From IMG/VR virus record IMGVR_UViG_3300037507_001084: DNA of 64,000 bases; one strand, written 5' to 3'. The stretch comes from an uncultured virus (IMG/VR IMGVR_UViG_3300037507_001084) (Duplodnaviria; Heunggongvirae; Uroviricota; Caudoviricetes). Positions 39,970-48,370 of this stretch are shown here, in pieces (the stretch's first letter is position 1; each line of letters opens with the position of its first letter). A model generated the notes under the pieces. The model was not told the origin of the DNA, did no database searches, and saw only the letters and a list, made by a program, of their open reading frames with translations. The position numbers and the translations under genes were made by a program.

Positions 39970-42281
39970 GCAACGGAATCAAAGTTAAAAAGCGTGACGG
40001 TTCTACAGAATCTCTTAACCTTGATAAGATTCATAACATGGTAGAATGTGCTTGTGGTGGTCTCGCGGGAGTGTCCCCATCGCAAGTAGAAATCAACTCT
40101 GGTATTCAATTTTATAATGGTATCACGACCAATGAAATCCAAGAAATCCTGGTTAGGTCAGCTAGTGACCTCATTGACCTTGACACTCCAAATTATCAGT
40201 ATGTTGCTGCTCGTCTTCTTTTGTTCGGTCTATATAAGCAAGTCTTTGGAAATGATTGGAAGCACGGTTTTCCCACAGTAGGAGAGCATCTTACTAAAGG
40301 TATCTTTAAGGGTATTTACGACAAGCAACTTGCTGGTAAGTATACGGATGAAGAGTGGGATAAGATTAATAGTTTCATTGATCATGACCGTGACTATCTC
40401 TTCACTTATGCTGGTCTTCGTCAAGTAGTAGATAAATATCTGGTACAAGATAGAAGCAGTGGGAGTGTTTTTGAGACACCACAATACGCTTATATGTTGG
40501 TTGCTGCAACCATCTTTGCAAACTACCCTCAGGTAAATCGTCTATCTTATGTCAAACGATACTACGACGCAATCAGCAAGCACAAAATCAACGTGCCAAC
40601 TCCCATCCTCGCAGGAGTTAGGACGCCTCTGCGACAGTTCGCTAGTTGTGTGCTGGTTGATTCTGATGACACCCTTGATAGCATCTTCAGTAGCGACATG
40701 GCTATTGGTCGCTATGTTGCTCAAAGGGCGGGCATCGGTATCAACGCAGGTAGAATCCGTGCTCTCAACAGCAAAATTAGAGGCGGCGAAGTCAGCCACA
40801 CTGGCGTTATACCGTTTCTCAAAAAGTTTGAAGCAACTGTCCGTTGCTGTACGCAAAATGGTATACGAGGAGGAAGCGCGACAGTCCACTTCCCAATCTG
40901 GCACAAAGAAATCGAAGACATCATTGTATTAAAAAACAATAAGGGAACTGAAGACAACCGAGTTCGTAAGTTAGACTACAGCATTCAAATCAGCAAACTC
41001 TTCTATGAACGATTCATCCGTAACGAAGACATCTCACTCTTCTCTCCACACGACGTTCCAGGTTTGTCTGATGCTTTTGGTCTTGCTGGATTTGACGAGC
41101 TATACAATGTTTATGAACGAGATGACTCTATTCCAAGAAAAACTATTGGCGCTCAAGAACTATTTCTTTCACTTCTGAAAGAGAGGGCAGAAACTGGTCG
41201 TATTTACATTATGAATATTGATCATTGTAACGAGCACTCTTCTTTTAAGGATAAAGTTTGGATGAGTAACCTTTGTCAGGAGATTACGCTACCCACTAAT
41301 CCTCTACAGCACATTGATGATATCAATGGTGAGATTGCTCTCTGTATTCTTTCTGCGGTTAACGTAGGTAAGATTAAGAACCTTGATGACCTAGAAGAAC
41401 TCTGTGACCTCTCTGTGAGGGCGCTGGACGAGTTGATTGATTACCAAGAGTATCCTGTGGTTGCTGCTGAAGCATCCACTCGCAACCGCCGCTCGCTGGG
41501 CATTGGTTACATCGGACTGGCACACTGGTTGGCTCGTCATCAGGTTAAGTATTCTGATGAAGCTGCTGCTCATCTTGTACATGGTCTGACTGAAGCATTT
41601 CAGTATTATCTACTAAAGGCTTCTAATCAACTTGCTATCGAGAAAGGTAAGTGTGGTTATTTTGATCGCACCAAATATGCTGATGGCATTCTTCCCATTG
41701 ACACATATAAGAAAGACGTAGACGAAATCGTACCAAACATTCTCCACTATGATTGGGATAAGCTCAGGGAATCTATTAAACAGCACGGTCTTAGGAACTC
41801 AACATTGTCCGCACAGATGCCATCGGAGAGCAGTTCCGTTGTGTCAAATGAGACAAATGGAATCGAACCTCCCCGTGCCTTCCTGTCCGTTAAGAAGTCC
41901 AAGAAAGGGGTTCTTAAGCAGATTGTCCCTCAGTATCAAACTCTTAAGAATGCTTATACGCTTCTTTGGGATATGCCTAACAATACTGGTTATATCAATA
42001 TTGTTGCTGTTATGCAGAAGTTCTTTGATCAGGCAATCTCAGGTAACTGGTCGTATAATCCAGAGCATTATGCCGATAATGAAGTACCTGTGTCGGTAAT
42101 GGCACAAGATCTCCTCAACACCTACAAATATGGATGGAAGACATCTTATTATCAGAACACATATGATATTAAGAAAGATGATGTTGAGGATGAAGAAAAG
42201 AAAAAGTCAGTAGAGAATCTACTTAATTCAATTCTAGAAGGAGCACAAGAGGAGGAAGACTGTGACAGCTGTAAGATTTAA
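39966..42281 (+). CDS. nrdA: ribonucleotide reductase class Ia alpha subunit
   Basis: ATP cone VKKRDG, QFASCVL, SNLCQEI, C-terminal CDSCKI. Confidence 0.97.
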   Translation: MSNGIKVKKRDGSTESLNLDKIHNMVECACGGLAGVSPSQVEINSGIQFYNGITTNEIQEILVRSASDLIDLDTPNYQYVAARLLLFGLYKQVFGNDWKHGFPTVGEHLTKGIFKGIYDKQLAGKYTDEEWDKINSFIDHDRDYLFTYAGLRQVVDKYLVQDRSSGSVFETPQYAYMLVAATIFANYPQVNRLSYVKRYYDAISKHKINVPTPILAGVRTPLRQFASCVLVDSDDTLDSIFSSDMAIGRYVAQRAGIGINAGRIRALNSKIRGGEVSHTGVIPFLKKFEATVRCCTQNGIRGGSATVHFPIWHKEIEDIIVLKNNKGTEDNRVRKLDYSIQISKLFYERFIRNEDISLFSPHDVPGLSDAFGLAGFDELYNVYERDDSIPRKTIGAQELFLSLLKERAETGRIYIMNIDHCNEHSSFKDKVWMSNLCQEITLPTNPLQHIDDINGEIALCILSAVNVGKIKNLDDLEELCDLSVRALDELIDYQEYPVVAAEASTRNRRSLGIGYIGLAHWLARHQVKYSDEAAAHLVHGLTEAFQYYLLKASNQLAIEKGKCGYFDRTKYADGILPIDTYKKDVDEIVPNILHYDWDKLRESIKQHGLRNSTLSAQMPSESSSVVSNETNGIEPPRAFLSVKKSKKGVLKQIVPQYQTLKNAYTLLWDMPNNTGYINIVAVMQKFFDQAISGNWSYNPEHYADNEVPVSVMAQDLLNTYKYGWKTSYYQNTYDIKKDDVEDEEKKKSVENLLNSILEGAQEEEDCDSCKI

Positions 42282-43443
42282 ACTAACCGAAAACACACCT
42301 AGCGTAGAAGGTATGACGGTATTCAACACCAAACATGTTGATATTAAAAAGCAACCGATGTTCTTCGGTGCTCCTTTGGGCATTCAGAGATATGATACCT
42401 ACAAGTATCCTATCTTCGATAAACTAACTCAACAGCAACTCGGATACTTTTGGAGACCTGAAGAGGTTTCTCTTCAGAAGGATCGTGCTGACTATGCTAC
42501 CCTTCGCCCAGAGCAGAAGCATATCTATACTTCTAATTTGAAGTATCAGATTATGCTTGACTCTGTGCAGGGTCGTGGTCCAGGCATGGCATTTATTCCT
42601 TATTGTTCTCTCCCAGAGTTGGAGTCAGCGATGACTATCTGGGAAACGATGGAGATGATTCACTCCCGCTCTTATACATACATTATTAAGAATATCTATT
42701 CTGATCCATCAGAAGTATTTGATACTATCCTTGATGACCAGAATATCCTTGATAGGGCGAAGAGTGTAACTGAAGCATACGATGACTTCATTCAAGCAGC
42801 ACAAGATTACTCGTCGGGTAATCAGTGGCAACATCAACTTGAAGGTGTGCCTGCTGCGAAGGAGACTCTCTATGAGTTGAAGCGTAAACTCTATCGTGCC
42901 GTAGTCAACGTTAACATCTTAGAGGGGATTAGATTTTATGTTTCGTTCGCGTGCTCGTTCGCTTTTGGCGAACTTAAACTTATGGAGGGATCCGCTAAAA
43001 TTATCTCTCTCATCGCCAGAGACGAAAGCCAGCATCTTGTCCTTACGCAAAACATTATCAAAAACTGGCTTAATGGAGATGACCCAGACATTCTTCAAAT
43101 CGCTAAAGAAGAAGAAGCGTGGACAGTAGAGCAGTTTAAAAAGACGGTTGACGAAGAGAAAGCATGGGCACAGTATCTATTCAAGGATGGTAGCATCATT
43201 GGATTGAATGATAAACTACTCAACTCTTACGTTGAGTATATCGCCAACCGTCGCATGAGAGCGATTGGTTTGAAGCCTGTGTTTGATACTCCTATGTCAA
43301 ATAATCCACTGCCTTGGACTCAGCATTGGTTATCTTCTAAGGGTCTTCAAGTTGCCCCACAGGAAACAGAGGTTGAGAGTTATGTCATTGGAGGCATTAA
43401 ACAAGATGTTAAGAAAGATACTTTCGCTGGTTTTAAACTGTGA
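42262..43443 (+). CDS. nrdB: ribonucleotide reductase beta subunit
   Basis: FWRPEEV, EMIHSRSY, EGIRFY, RDESQH, VAPQETE. Confidence 0.97.
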   Translation: MTAVRFKLTENTPSVEGMTVFNTKHVDIKKQPMFFGAPLGIQRYDTYKYPIFDKLTQQQLGYFWRPEEVSLQKDRADYATLRPEQKHIYTSNLKYQIMLDSVQGRGPGMAFIPYCSLPELESAMTIWETMEMIHSRSYTYIIKNIYSDPSEVFDTILDDQNILDRAKSVTEAYDDFIQAAQDYSSGNQWQHQLEGVPAAKETLYELKRKLYRAVVNVNILEGIRFYVSFACSFAFGELKLMEGSAKIISLIARDESQHLVLTQNIIKNWLNGDDPDILQIAKEEEAWTVEQFKKTVDEEKAWAQYLFKDGSIIGLNDKLLNSYVEYIANRRMRAIGLKPVFDTPMSNNPLPWTQHWLSSKGLQVAPQETEVESYVIGGIKQDVKKDTFAGFKL

Positions 43444-43608
43444 GAAAGAAAAAAATAGAAAAGATTCAAAAGAAACTCAGGGAGCAGGAACAAAATATAG
43501 AGAATTTAAATCATCAACAAAGGTGGATACTAAAGATTCTAATGGAAAAATTCCAGATCCCTGGTTCAACTGAATAGATAAATACCTCCATCTTGGAGGT
43601 TTTTTATT

Positions 43609-43956
43609 ATGCGCCCACAATCAGCAAAAGCAAAAGGTCGCCGTCTGCAACAATGGGTGAGAGATAAACTGGTAGAGTGTCTCAATATTCATCCAGAAGA
43701 TATTGAATCACGCTCTATGGGGGCAGGTGGTGAAGACCTTATCATGGCTCGTGCTGCTAGATTAAAGTTTCCTCATAGCATTGAATGTAAGAATGTAGAG
43801 AAGCTAAATATCTGGGATGCTTACGAGCAAGCATCTGCCAACTGTGGTGACTATGAGCCTATTGTTGTCATGAAAAAGAATGGCAAAAAACCACTGGTCG
43901 TAGTAGACGCAGAGTATTACATTCAACTATTCGGAGACAAAGATGGCAAAGATTGA
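43609..43956 (+). CDS. PD-(D/E)xK nuclease, Holliday-junction-resolvase-like
   Basis: SAKAKGRRLQ, GEDL, SIECKN. Confidence 0.7.
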   Translation: MRPQSAKAKGRRLQQWVRDKLVECLNIHPEDIESRSMGAGGEDLIMARAARLKFPHSIECKNVEKLNIWDAYEQASANCGDYEPIVVMKKNGKKPLVVVDAEYYIQLFGDKDGKD

Positions 43957-44644
43957 TTTACACAACTTTTTTAAACATTACGACGAAAAGAATCCAAAGC
44001 ATGTAGAAGCTGTTGGATATTTTGAAGATGCTCTCAATAAAAAAACACCAGAAGAAATGGAAGATTCTTCTGGGTGGGTTAAAACATTTAGAGCACAACC
44101 AGAAAAACCAAAATCAAATATACTTGACGTGCCTTTCTTTCCACAGACAGATAACTACAGAGATGCTAATCGCACTTGTAACTCATCTGCCTGTGCTATG
44201 GTGTTAGAATATTTTAAGCCAGGCACACTCAAGGGAGCGAAAGGCGACGATGCTTACGTTCAAAAAGTTTTCTCAATCGGTGACACAACTGACCATGTGG
44301 TTCAAACCAAAGTTTTGGCATCTTATGGTATTAAGTCACACTTTAGTTATGGTCTATCTTTTAATGACCTTGACCGTGAGCTTGCTGCTGGGAGACCCGT
44401 GGTTGCTGGCATTCTCCATCGCGGCCCTCTATCTGCTCCTACTGGGGGGCACATGGTTGTAATCATCGGCAAGACCCCTACAGGTGATTATGTTGTTAAC
44501 GACCCTTACGGCAGTCTTAACGACGGTTATACGGGCGCTGTAACCAACGGTAAGGGCGCCGTATATAAGAAGACAGATCTCATGCGTCGCTGGTGCCCCA
44601 ATCGCAATGATGGATGGGGGAGAATCTTTGACGTAAAAAAGTAG
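43943..44644 (+). CDS. C39-like cysteine peptidase (putative endolysin) with a helical N-terminal domain
   Basis: PFFPQTDN...TCNSSACAM, GGHMVV, NDPYG. Confidence 0.8.
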   Translation: MAKIDLHNFFKHYDEKNPKHVEAVGYFEDALNKKTPEEMEDSSGWVKTFRAQPEKPKSNILDVPFFPQTDNYRDANRTCNSSACAMVLEYFKPGTLKGAKGDDAYVQKVFSIGDTTDHVVQTKVLASYGIKSHFSYGLSFNDLDRELAAGRPVVAGILHRGPLSAPTGGHMVVIIGKTPTGDYVVNDPYGSLNDGYTGAVTNGKGAVYKKTDLMRRWCPNRNDGWGRIFDVKK

Positions 44645-44699
44645 ACAACTCTACTCCTTCAGCGAGCAAATATGATGTGCCTGTGGAGGGAGTAGAGTT
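44617..44699 (+). promoter_or_regulatory. candidate -1 programmed ribosomal frameshift signal
   Basis: GGGGAG 12 nt upstream; in-frame A_AAA_AAG at 44635-44641; 5-nt spacer; 14-bp stem 44647-44660/44686-44699. Confidence 0.75.
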
Positions 44700-45135
44700 A
44701 ATCAAAGAGTTTGAAGGTTGTAAACTGACAGCATACCCAGATCCACATACAGGTAGTTTGCCCATCACTATTGGTTGGGGAAGCACCAGAGATTTCAACG
44801 GCAAACCATTTAAACTTGGTGATAAGATTTCGCAGAAGGTTGCTGATGATCTCTTGATGAATCAGATTAAGAAGGAGTTTATTCCTGCCCTATCTAAAAT
44901 ACCTTATTGGAGTGAAATGAATGATAACCAACGCGGAGCACTTTTATCCTTTGCTTATAATCTCGGTGCTGGGTTTTACGGTGCATATAATTTCAGTACT
45001 ATCTCTCGCCATCTACGTGAGAAGAATTGGGGACTCATCCCAAAAACATTAGAGATGTATCGTAATCCTGGTAGCAAAGTTGAAGCAGGATTACTCAGAA
45101 GAAGAAAAGCAGAAGGTAAACTCTGGGTTTCTTAA
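44641..45135 (+). CDS. GH24 phage lysozyme domain, probably reached by -1 frameshift
   Basis: IKEFEGC.L.AYPD...TIGWG, ALLSFAYNLG, GLLRRRKAE; the only nearby start is GTG at 44677 inside the hairpin. Confidence 0.85.
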   Translation, partial: VDNSTPSASKYDVPVEGVELIKEFEGCKLTAYPDPHTGSLPITIGWGSTRDFNGKPFKLGDKISQKVADDLLMNQIKKEFIPALSKIPYWSEMNDNQRGALLSFAYNLGAGFYGAYNFSTISRHLREKNWGLIPKTLEMYRNPGSKVEAGLLRRRKAEGKLWVS

Positions 45136-45371
45136 TCTTCGACTTTAGTTCTTAAAGCAATTACTGTTGTTAGAATTGCCAATAAAGTTTCATATCCTCT
45201 TCTCTCGGATTCTTTACAATCCAAGGGAGGAGGATTTTTTAATCCACCCAATACATTAGCACTAATAATAGATCCTGGTATCATAAAGTTACAGGCAATA
45301 AAATTCAATCCAACAAAACCAACGGCTGATATACAAACAATAAAGATCAGTTTGCTTAGATTGAGTTTCAT
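45132..45371 (-). CDS. small membrane protein with two hydrophobic segments
   Basis: ORF track; hydrophobic N- and C-terminal helices. Confidence 0.6.
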   Translation of the reverse strand: MKLNLSKLIFIVCISAVGFVGLNFIACNFMIPGSIISANVLGGLKNPPPLDCKESERRGYETLLAILTTVIALRTKVED

Positions 45372-45559
45372 CTTCCTTCCTGCCTATGTATCCAGGTTTT
45401 TAACTCGTGTAGATATTGCCTGAGTTGATCTGCTTTTTGTAGGTGCCAAATGTCGCCACTCTTGAAATACTCTTGAGTGTGGTTGTCTATTGCTTTTAAA
45501 GTATTATGGATGGGAGCATTCCATGGCTCCCTGATTGGAGTATTCCACTCTCTTGGCAT
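45368..45559 (-). CDS. hypothetical protein
   Basis: Coupled to 45371; CTAAATA on the minus strand at 45585-45591. Confidence 0.6.
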   Translation of the reverse strand: MPREWNTPIREPWNAPIHNTLKAIDNHTQEYFKSGDIWHLQKADQLRQYLHELKTWIHRQEGR

Positions 45560-45598
45560 ACATTCGGTTTCCCGACACCACTGGTATTTAGGAGGGGC

Positions 45599-45627
45599 TT
45601 GACAAAATCCTAAATAAATGTTATATT
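45599..45627 (+). promoter_or_regulatory. sigma70-type promoter for rlpA
   Basis: GGGGC-TTGACA-17-TATATT. Confidence 0.55.
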
Positions 45628-45754
45628 ATGAATTCCTCACAATTGGGGATCATTCGTCATTATAACGTGAATGAAAATTAGAGCCCAGGAGATTGCCCCT
45701 TGAGAAAGGGGAAGTGCGCTTTCTCTATTGGGATGTAGAGTTCAATGTAAATTA

Positions 45755-46117
45755 ATGCTTCTTAAATCACTTTCGATTCTTGCCGTTGCTATTTCAGGAC
45801 TGGCACCCCTACAGGCAAAGGCAGCGAGCGGATGTTCCCTCGCATCACATTATGGAGTTGGTGACGGATATCATGGGCAGACGACTGCAAACGGCGAAAG
45901 ATACAATGCTTATGGCAAATCAGTCGCACACAAATGGCTTCCTTTCGGAACTAGATTAAGGGTTACAAATCAACGAAATGGCAAGACAGTGATTGTGCGT
46001 GTAAATGATCGCGGTCCCTACGTTGGAGGTAGAGATCTTGACTTGTCTTATGGTGCTTTCTCTTCTATCGCTCACCCAGGTCAAGGCGTTGCCAGCGTCT
46101 GCTATTCACGGGTTTGA
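45755..46117 (+). CDS. rlpA: RlpA-like (DPBB) lytic transglycosylase with a signal peptide
   Basis: ASHYG, TANGE, AHKWLPFGT, VRVNDRGPY, DLS. Confidence 0.88.
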   Translation: MLLKSLSILAVAISGLAPLQAKAASGCSLASHYGVGDGYHGQTTANGERYNAYGKSVAHKWLPFGTRLRVTNQRNGKTVIVRVNDRGPYVGGRDLDLSYGAFSSIAHPGQGVASVCYSRV

Positions 46118-46159
46118 ATAACTGAATAAATATTGGGGAGTGCTGCAGAACTCCCCTTT

Positions 46160-46561
46160 ATGTTTAACTTTCACATTGGCAAGCCCTCTAAAAAAACTAT
46201 TATAACAACCAGTATAGTATTATCTTCTATTATCGCAGCACTTTCACAATGTACAGGAATCCATGAAAACAATCTTTGGGATTTATTTGACGAGATTCAA
46301 AGAAAATATTTCCCACAAACTTCTATTAACAGGGTTATTACTGAAGACCCTGACAAAGTAAAACGTAGAGTAGAAAGAGATGTCACCAATGCTATCAATG
46401 ATTATTGGAGACAATCTGGTTTATCAAAAGCAGAAGTATACAAACCACGCTATATAGAAGAAGCAAATGACGAAACATTATGCTACAGTGATGAGTGTAA
46501 AGCACTCGCCCCTCCAATGAGACTCTGTGCTCCATGGCTTGACAACTGCCCTCAGCAGTGA
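46160..46561 (+). CDS. hypothetical protein with an N-terminal hydrophobic segment
   Basis: Late promoter AATAAATA upstream; Cys-rich C-terminus. Confidence 0.55.
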   Translation: MFNFHIGKPSKKTIITTSIVLSSIIAALSQCTGIHENNLWDLFDEIQRKYFPQTSINRVITEDPDKVKRRVERDVTNAINDYWRQSGLSKAEVYKPRYIEEANDETLCYSDECKALAPPMRLCAPWLDNCPQQ

Positions 46562-46567
46562 TATAAT
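46539..46567 (+). promoter_or_regulatory. sigma70 promoter at the start of the tRNA array
   Basis: TTGACA-17-TATAAT. Confidence 0.7.
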
Positions 46568-46579
46568 AATCCTACACAC

Positions 46580-46651
46580 GGGCTCATAGTTAAGCGGATA
46601 TAACTACCGCCTTCTAAGCGGTCGTCCCTGGTTCGATTCCAGGTGAGCCTG
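46580..46651 (+). tRNA. tRNA-Arg(UCU)
   Basis: Cloverleaf; ACCGC-CT TCT AA-GCGGT. Confidence 0.9.
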
Positions 46652-46691
46652 TTTCCCGTATAAATAGATTAGAATTATTTGGTCTAAGCAA

Positions 46692-47000
46692 ATGGGAAAA
46701 CCTTATAAACTGATGACCGAAGATGAGAAATCATCTTTCAATCAGTATTGTATTCAAAGATGGCAACAACGCAAACTTGATGCTGTAGAATACAAAGGTG
46801 GAAAGTGCGAACGTTGTGGGTATGATAAATACTCAGAGGTTTTAGAGTTCCACCATCTCGACCCTACACAAAAAGAAGCAGCTTGGAATAAGATGCGTCT
46901 TTGGAGTTGGGAAAAGATAATGACAGAACTAGACAAATGTGCTATACTTTGTGCTAACTGTCATCGTGAAGTTCACGTAGAACTTAGGCAGGGCGATTAG
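46692..47000 (+). CDS. HNH endonuclease
   Basis: GGKCERCGY...LEFHHLDP...LCANCHREVH; late promoter at 46658. Confidence 0.85.
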   Translation: MGKPYKLMTEDEKSSFNQYCIQRWQQRKLDAVEYKGGKCERCGYDKYSEVLEFHHLDPTQKEAAWNKMRLWSWEKIMTELDKCAILCANCHREVHVELRQGD

Positions 47001-47062
47001 CTCAGCGGTAGAGCTCTTGCCTTACAAGCAAGCTGTCACTGGTTCGATTCCAGTATCGCCCA
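46991..47062 (+). tRNA. tRNA-Val(UAC)
   Basis: CTTGC-CT TAC AA-GCAAG; acceptor GGGCGAT/ATCGCCC. Confidence 0.92.
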
Positions 47063-47070
47063 TATAAACT

Positions 47071-47298
47071 ATGAATACATATTATATTTCTTTAATACTA
47101 ATCTGTGCCATGATTTATATCATATGGCAGGATCCAAATGTTCCAGAGTATATTAATCTTAGATTAAAATTACTCCATATTAACTTCATTCGTTGGAACA
47201 TGGCAAGGAATATGAAACGACAACTTGATAAGGAATCAAAGAAAATGCAAAAAGAAATGATGGAATGGTTAAAAGAAAATGGCAAAGATAAGATGTAA
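47071..47298 (+). CDS. small membrane-anchored hypothetical protein
   Basis: N-terminal hydrophobic helix. Confidence 0.6.
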   Translation: MNTYYISLILICAMIYIIWQDPNVPEYINLRLKLLHINFIRWNMARNMKRQLDKESKKMQKEMMEWLKENGKDKM

Positions 47299-47536
47299 CG
47301 CATGTGGCGTAGAGATAGAAGTATACCAAGCAAATAAAAGTAAAGCGTGTGGTTGTGATAATCATACGCTTTTGAGGCTAGATAGGAATGGTCTTCCTAT
47401 CATTACAGGCAACGACCTTTCATTAGTAACTGCTATTGATGGGATCGGAAAACCGAAAGAAAAGAAGCTTGACATTCCTTTGGCATCAGGTTATACTAAA
47501 AGGATACCAAGGAAATTGGATTTTGAAATTCGTTGA
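47279..47536 (+). CDS. Cys-containing hypothetical protein
   Basis: RCNACG...CGCDN; RKLDFEIR tail. Confidence 0.65.
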   Translation: MAKIRCNACGVEIEVYQANKSKACGCDNHTLLRLDRNGLPIITGNDLSLVTAIDGIGKPKEKKLDIPLASGYTKRIPRKLDFEIR

Positions 47537-47580
47537 TTGGTATAAATAGGATAGAATAAACGTATTGTTTAAATAAAAAT

Positions 47581-47871
47581 ATGGCTTATCTAATTAGAGT
47601 AGGAGAAAACCCAACTTACTGGTCTGGCAATCCAGAAGCTGTTTTTGTAAATCAAGCTGCGGAAGCAAAAGAGTACGCTACCAAGAAAGAAGCAGAAAAA
47701 GAACTCAAGGAAATTGCTGAGTCTCATGGATATTCGACTCTTAATGCGGTAAAGTCTGAGGATGCTCTCTCGGTAGAACTTCCTGTAGTAGAAACAGAAG
47801 AAGTATCTGAAGAAACTGTGGTAGAAGAATCACCACTATCAGTAGAAGATCTAAGAAAACTAGCTTCTTGA
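47581..47871 (+). CDS. acidic hypothetical protein
   Basis: Late promoter TATAAATA at 47541. Confidence 0.65.
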   Translation: MAYLIRVGENPTYWSGNPEAVFVNQAAEAKEYATKKEAEKELKEIAESHGYSTLNAVKSEDALSVELPVVETEEVSEETVVEESPLSVEDLRKLAS

Positions 47872-47887
47872 TTTGGAGGAATTTATT

Positions 47888-48235
47888 ATGACATATATTG
47901 TTCGTGTTGTTGGTTATAATGGATACTGGACTGGTAATACCGAACCAGGAAAATTGTGGTCAACTAATATCGAAGAAGCTCAACAATTTGACAACAAAGA
48001 AGATCCACAAAAAATTGTTGACAGTGGAAACAACATGGAAGTGGTAGAATATTCTTCTGCCCTTCCAGATGTTGTTGAATTGAAATCTGCTCCTGATTGG
48101 GATGCGATTGATAAAGCAGCAAAAGAAATTGAAGAAAGAAAATTAAAACAAGAATTTGTTGATCTCTCTCCATCCGAGTTTGTTCAAGACTTCGATGAAT
48201 CAATTGACCAAGTTGATGTTGAAGTGATTGAGTGA
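47888..48235 (+). CDS. acidic hypothetical protein, apparent paralogue of the upstream gene
   Basis: GGAGG SD; MTYIVRV...YWTGN versus MAYLIRV...YWSGN. Confidence 0.65.
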   Translation: MTYIVRVVGYNGYWTGNTEPGKLWSTNIEEAQQFDNKEDPQKIVDSGNNMEVVEYSSALPDVVELKSAPDWDAIDKAAKEIEERKLKQEFVDLSPSEFVQDFDESIDQVDVEVIE

Positions 48236-48237
48236 TT

Positions 48238-48326
48238 GGAAGTGTGGCTGAGAGGTCTAAAGCAGCGGTTTGCTAAACCGCCGATGTCTTTATGGGCATC
48301 CGTTGGTTCGAATCCAACCACTTCCG
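48238..48326 (+). tRNA. tRNA-Ser(GCU)
   Basis: GCGGT-TT GCT AA-ACCGC; long variable arm. Confidence 0.92.
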
Positions 48327-48370
48327 TTGCCCATTACGGGCATGACATGTCGTTTAAACATTAAGAAACT

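Noticed and set aside
2231..43443. Introns or inteins in gp17, gp43, gp41, nrdA or nrdB
   Set aside because: All are continuous, of ordinary length and without intein motifs.
43283..43577. Possible frameshift or readthrough at the end of nrdB (TTTTAAAC)
   Set aside because: The heptamer is not in slippery phase for the nrdB frame and no stimulator is visible. Two short frames are open downstream and I cannot tell which is real.
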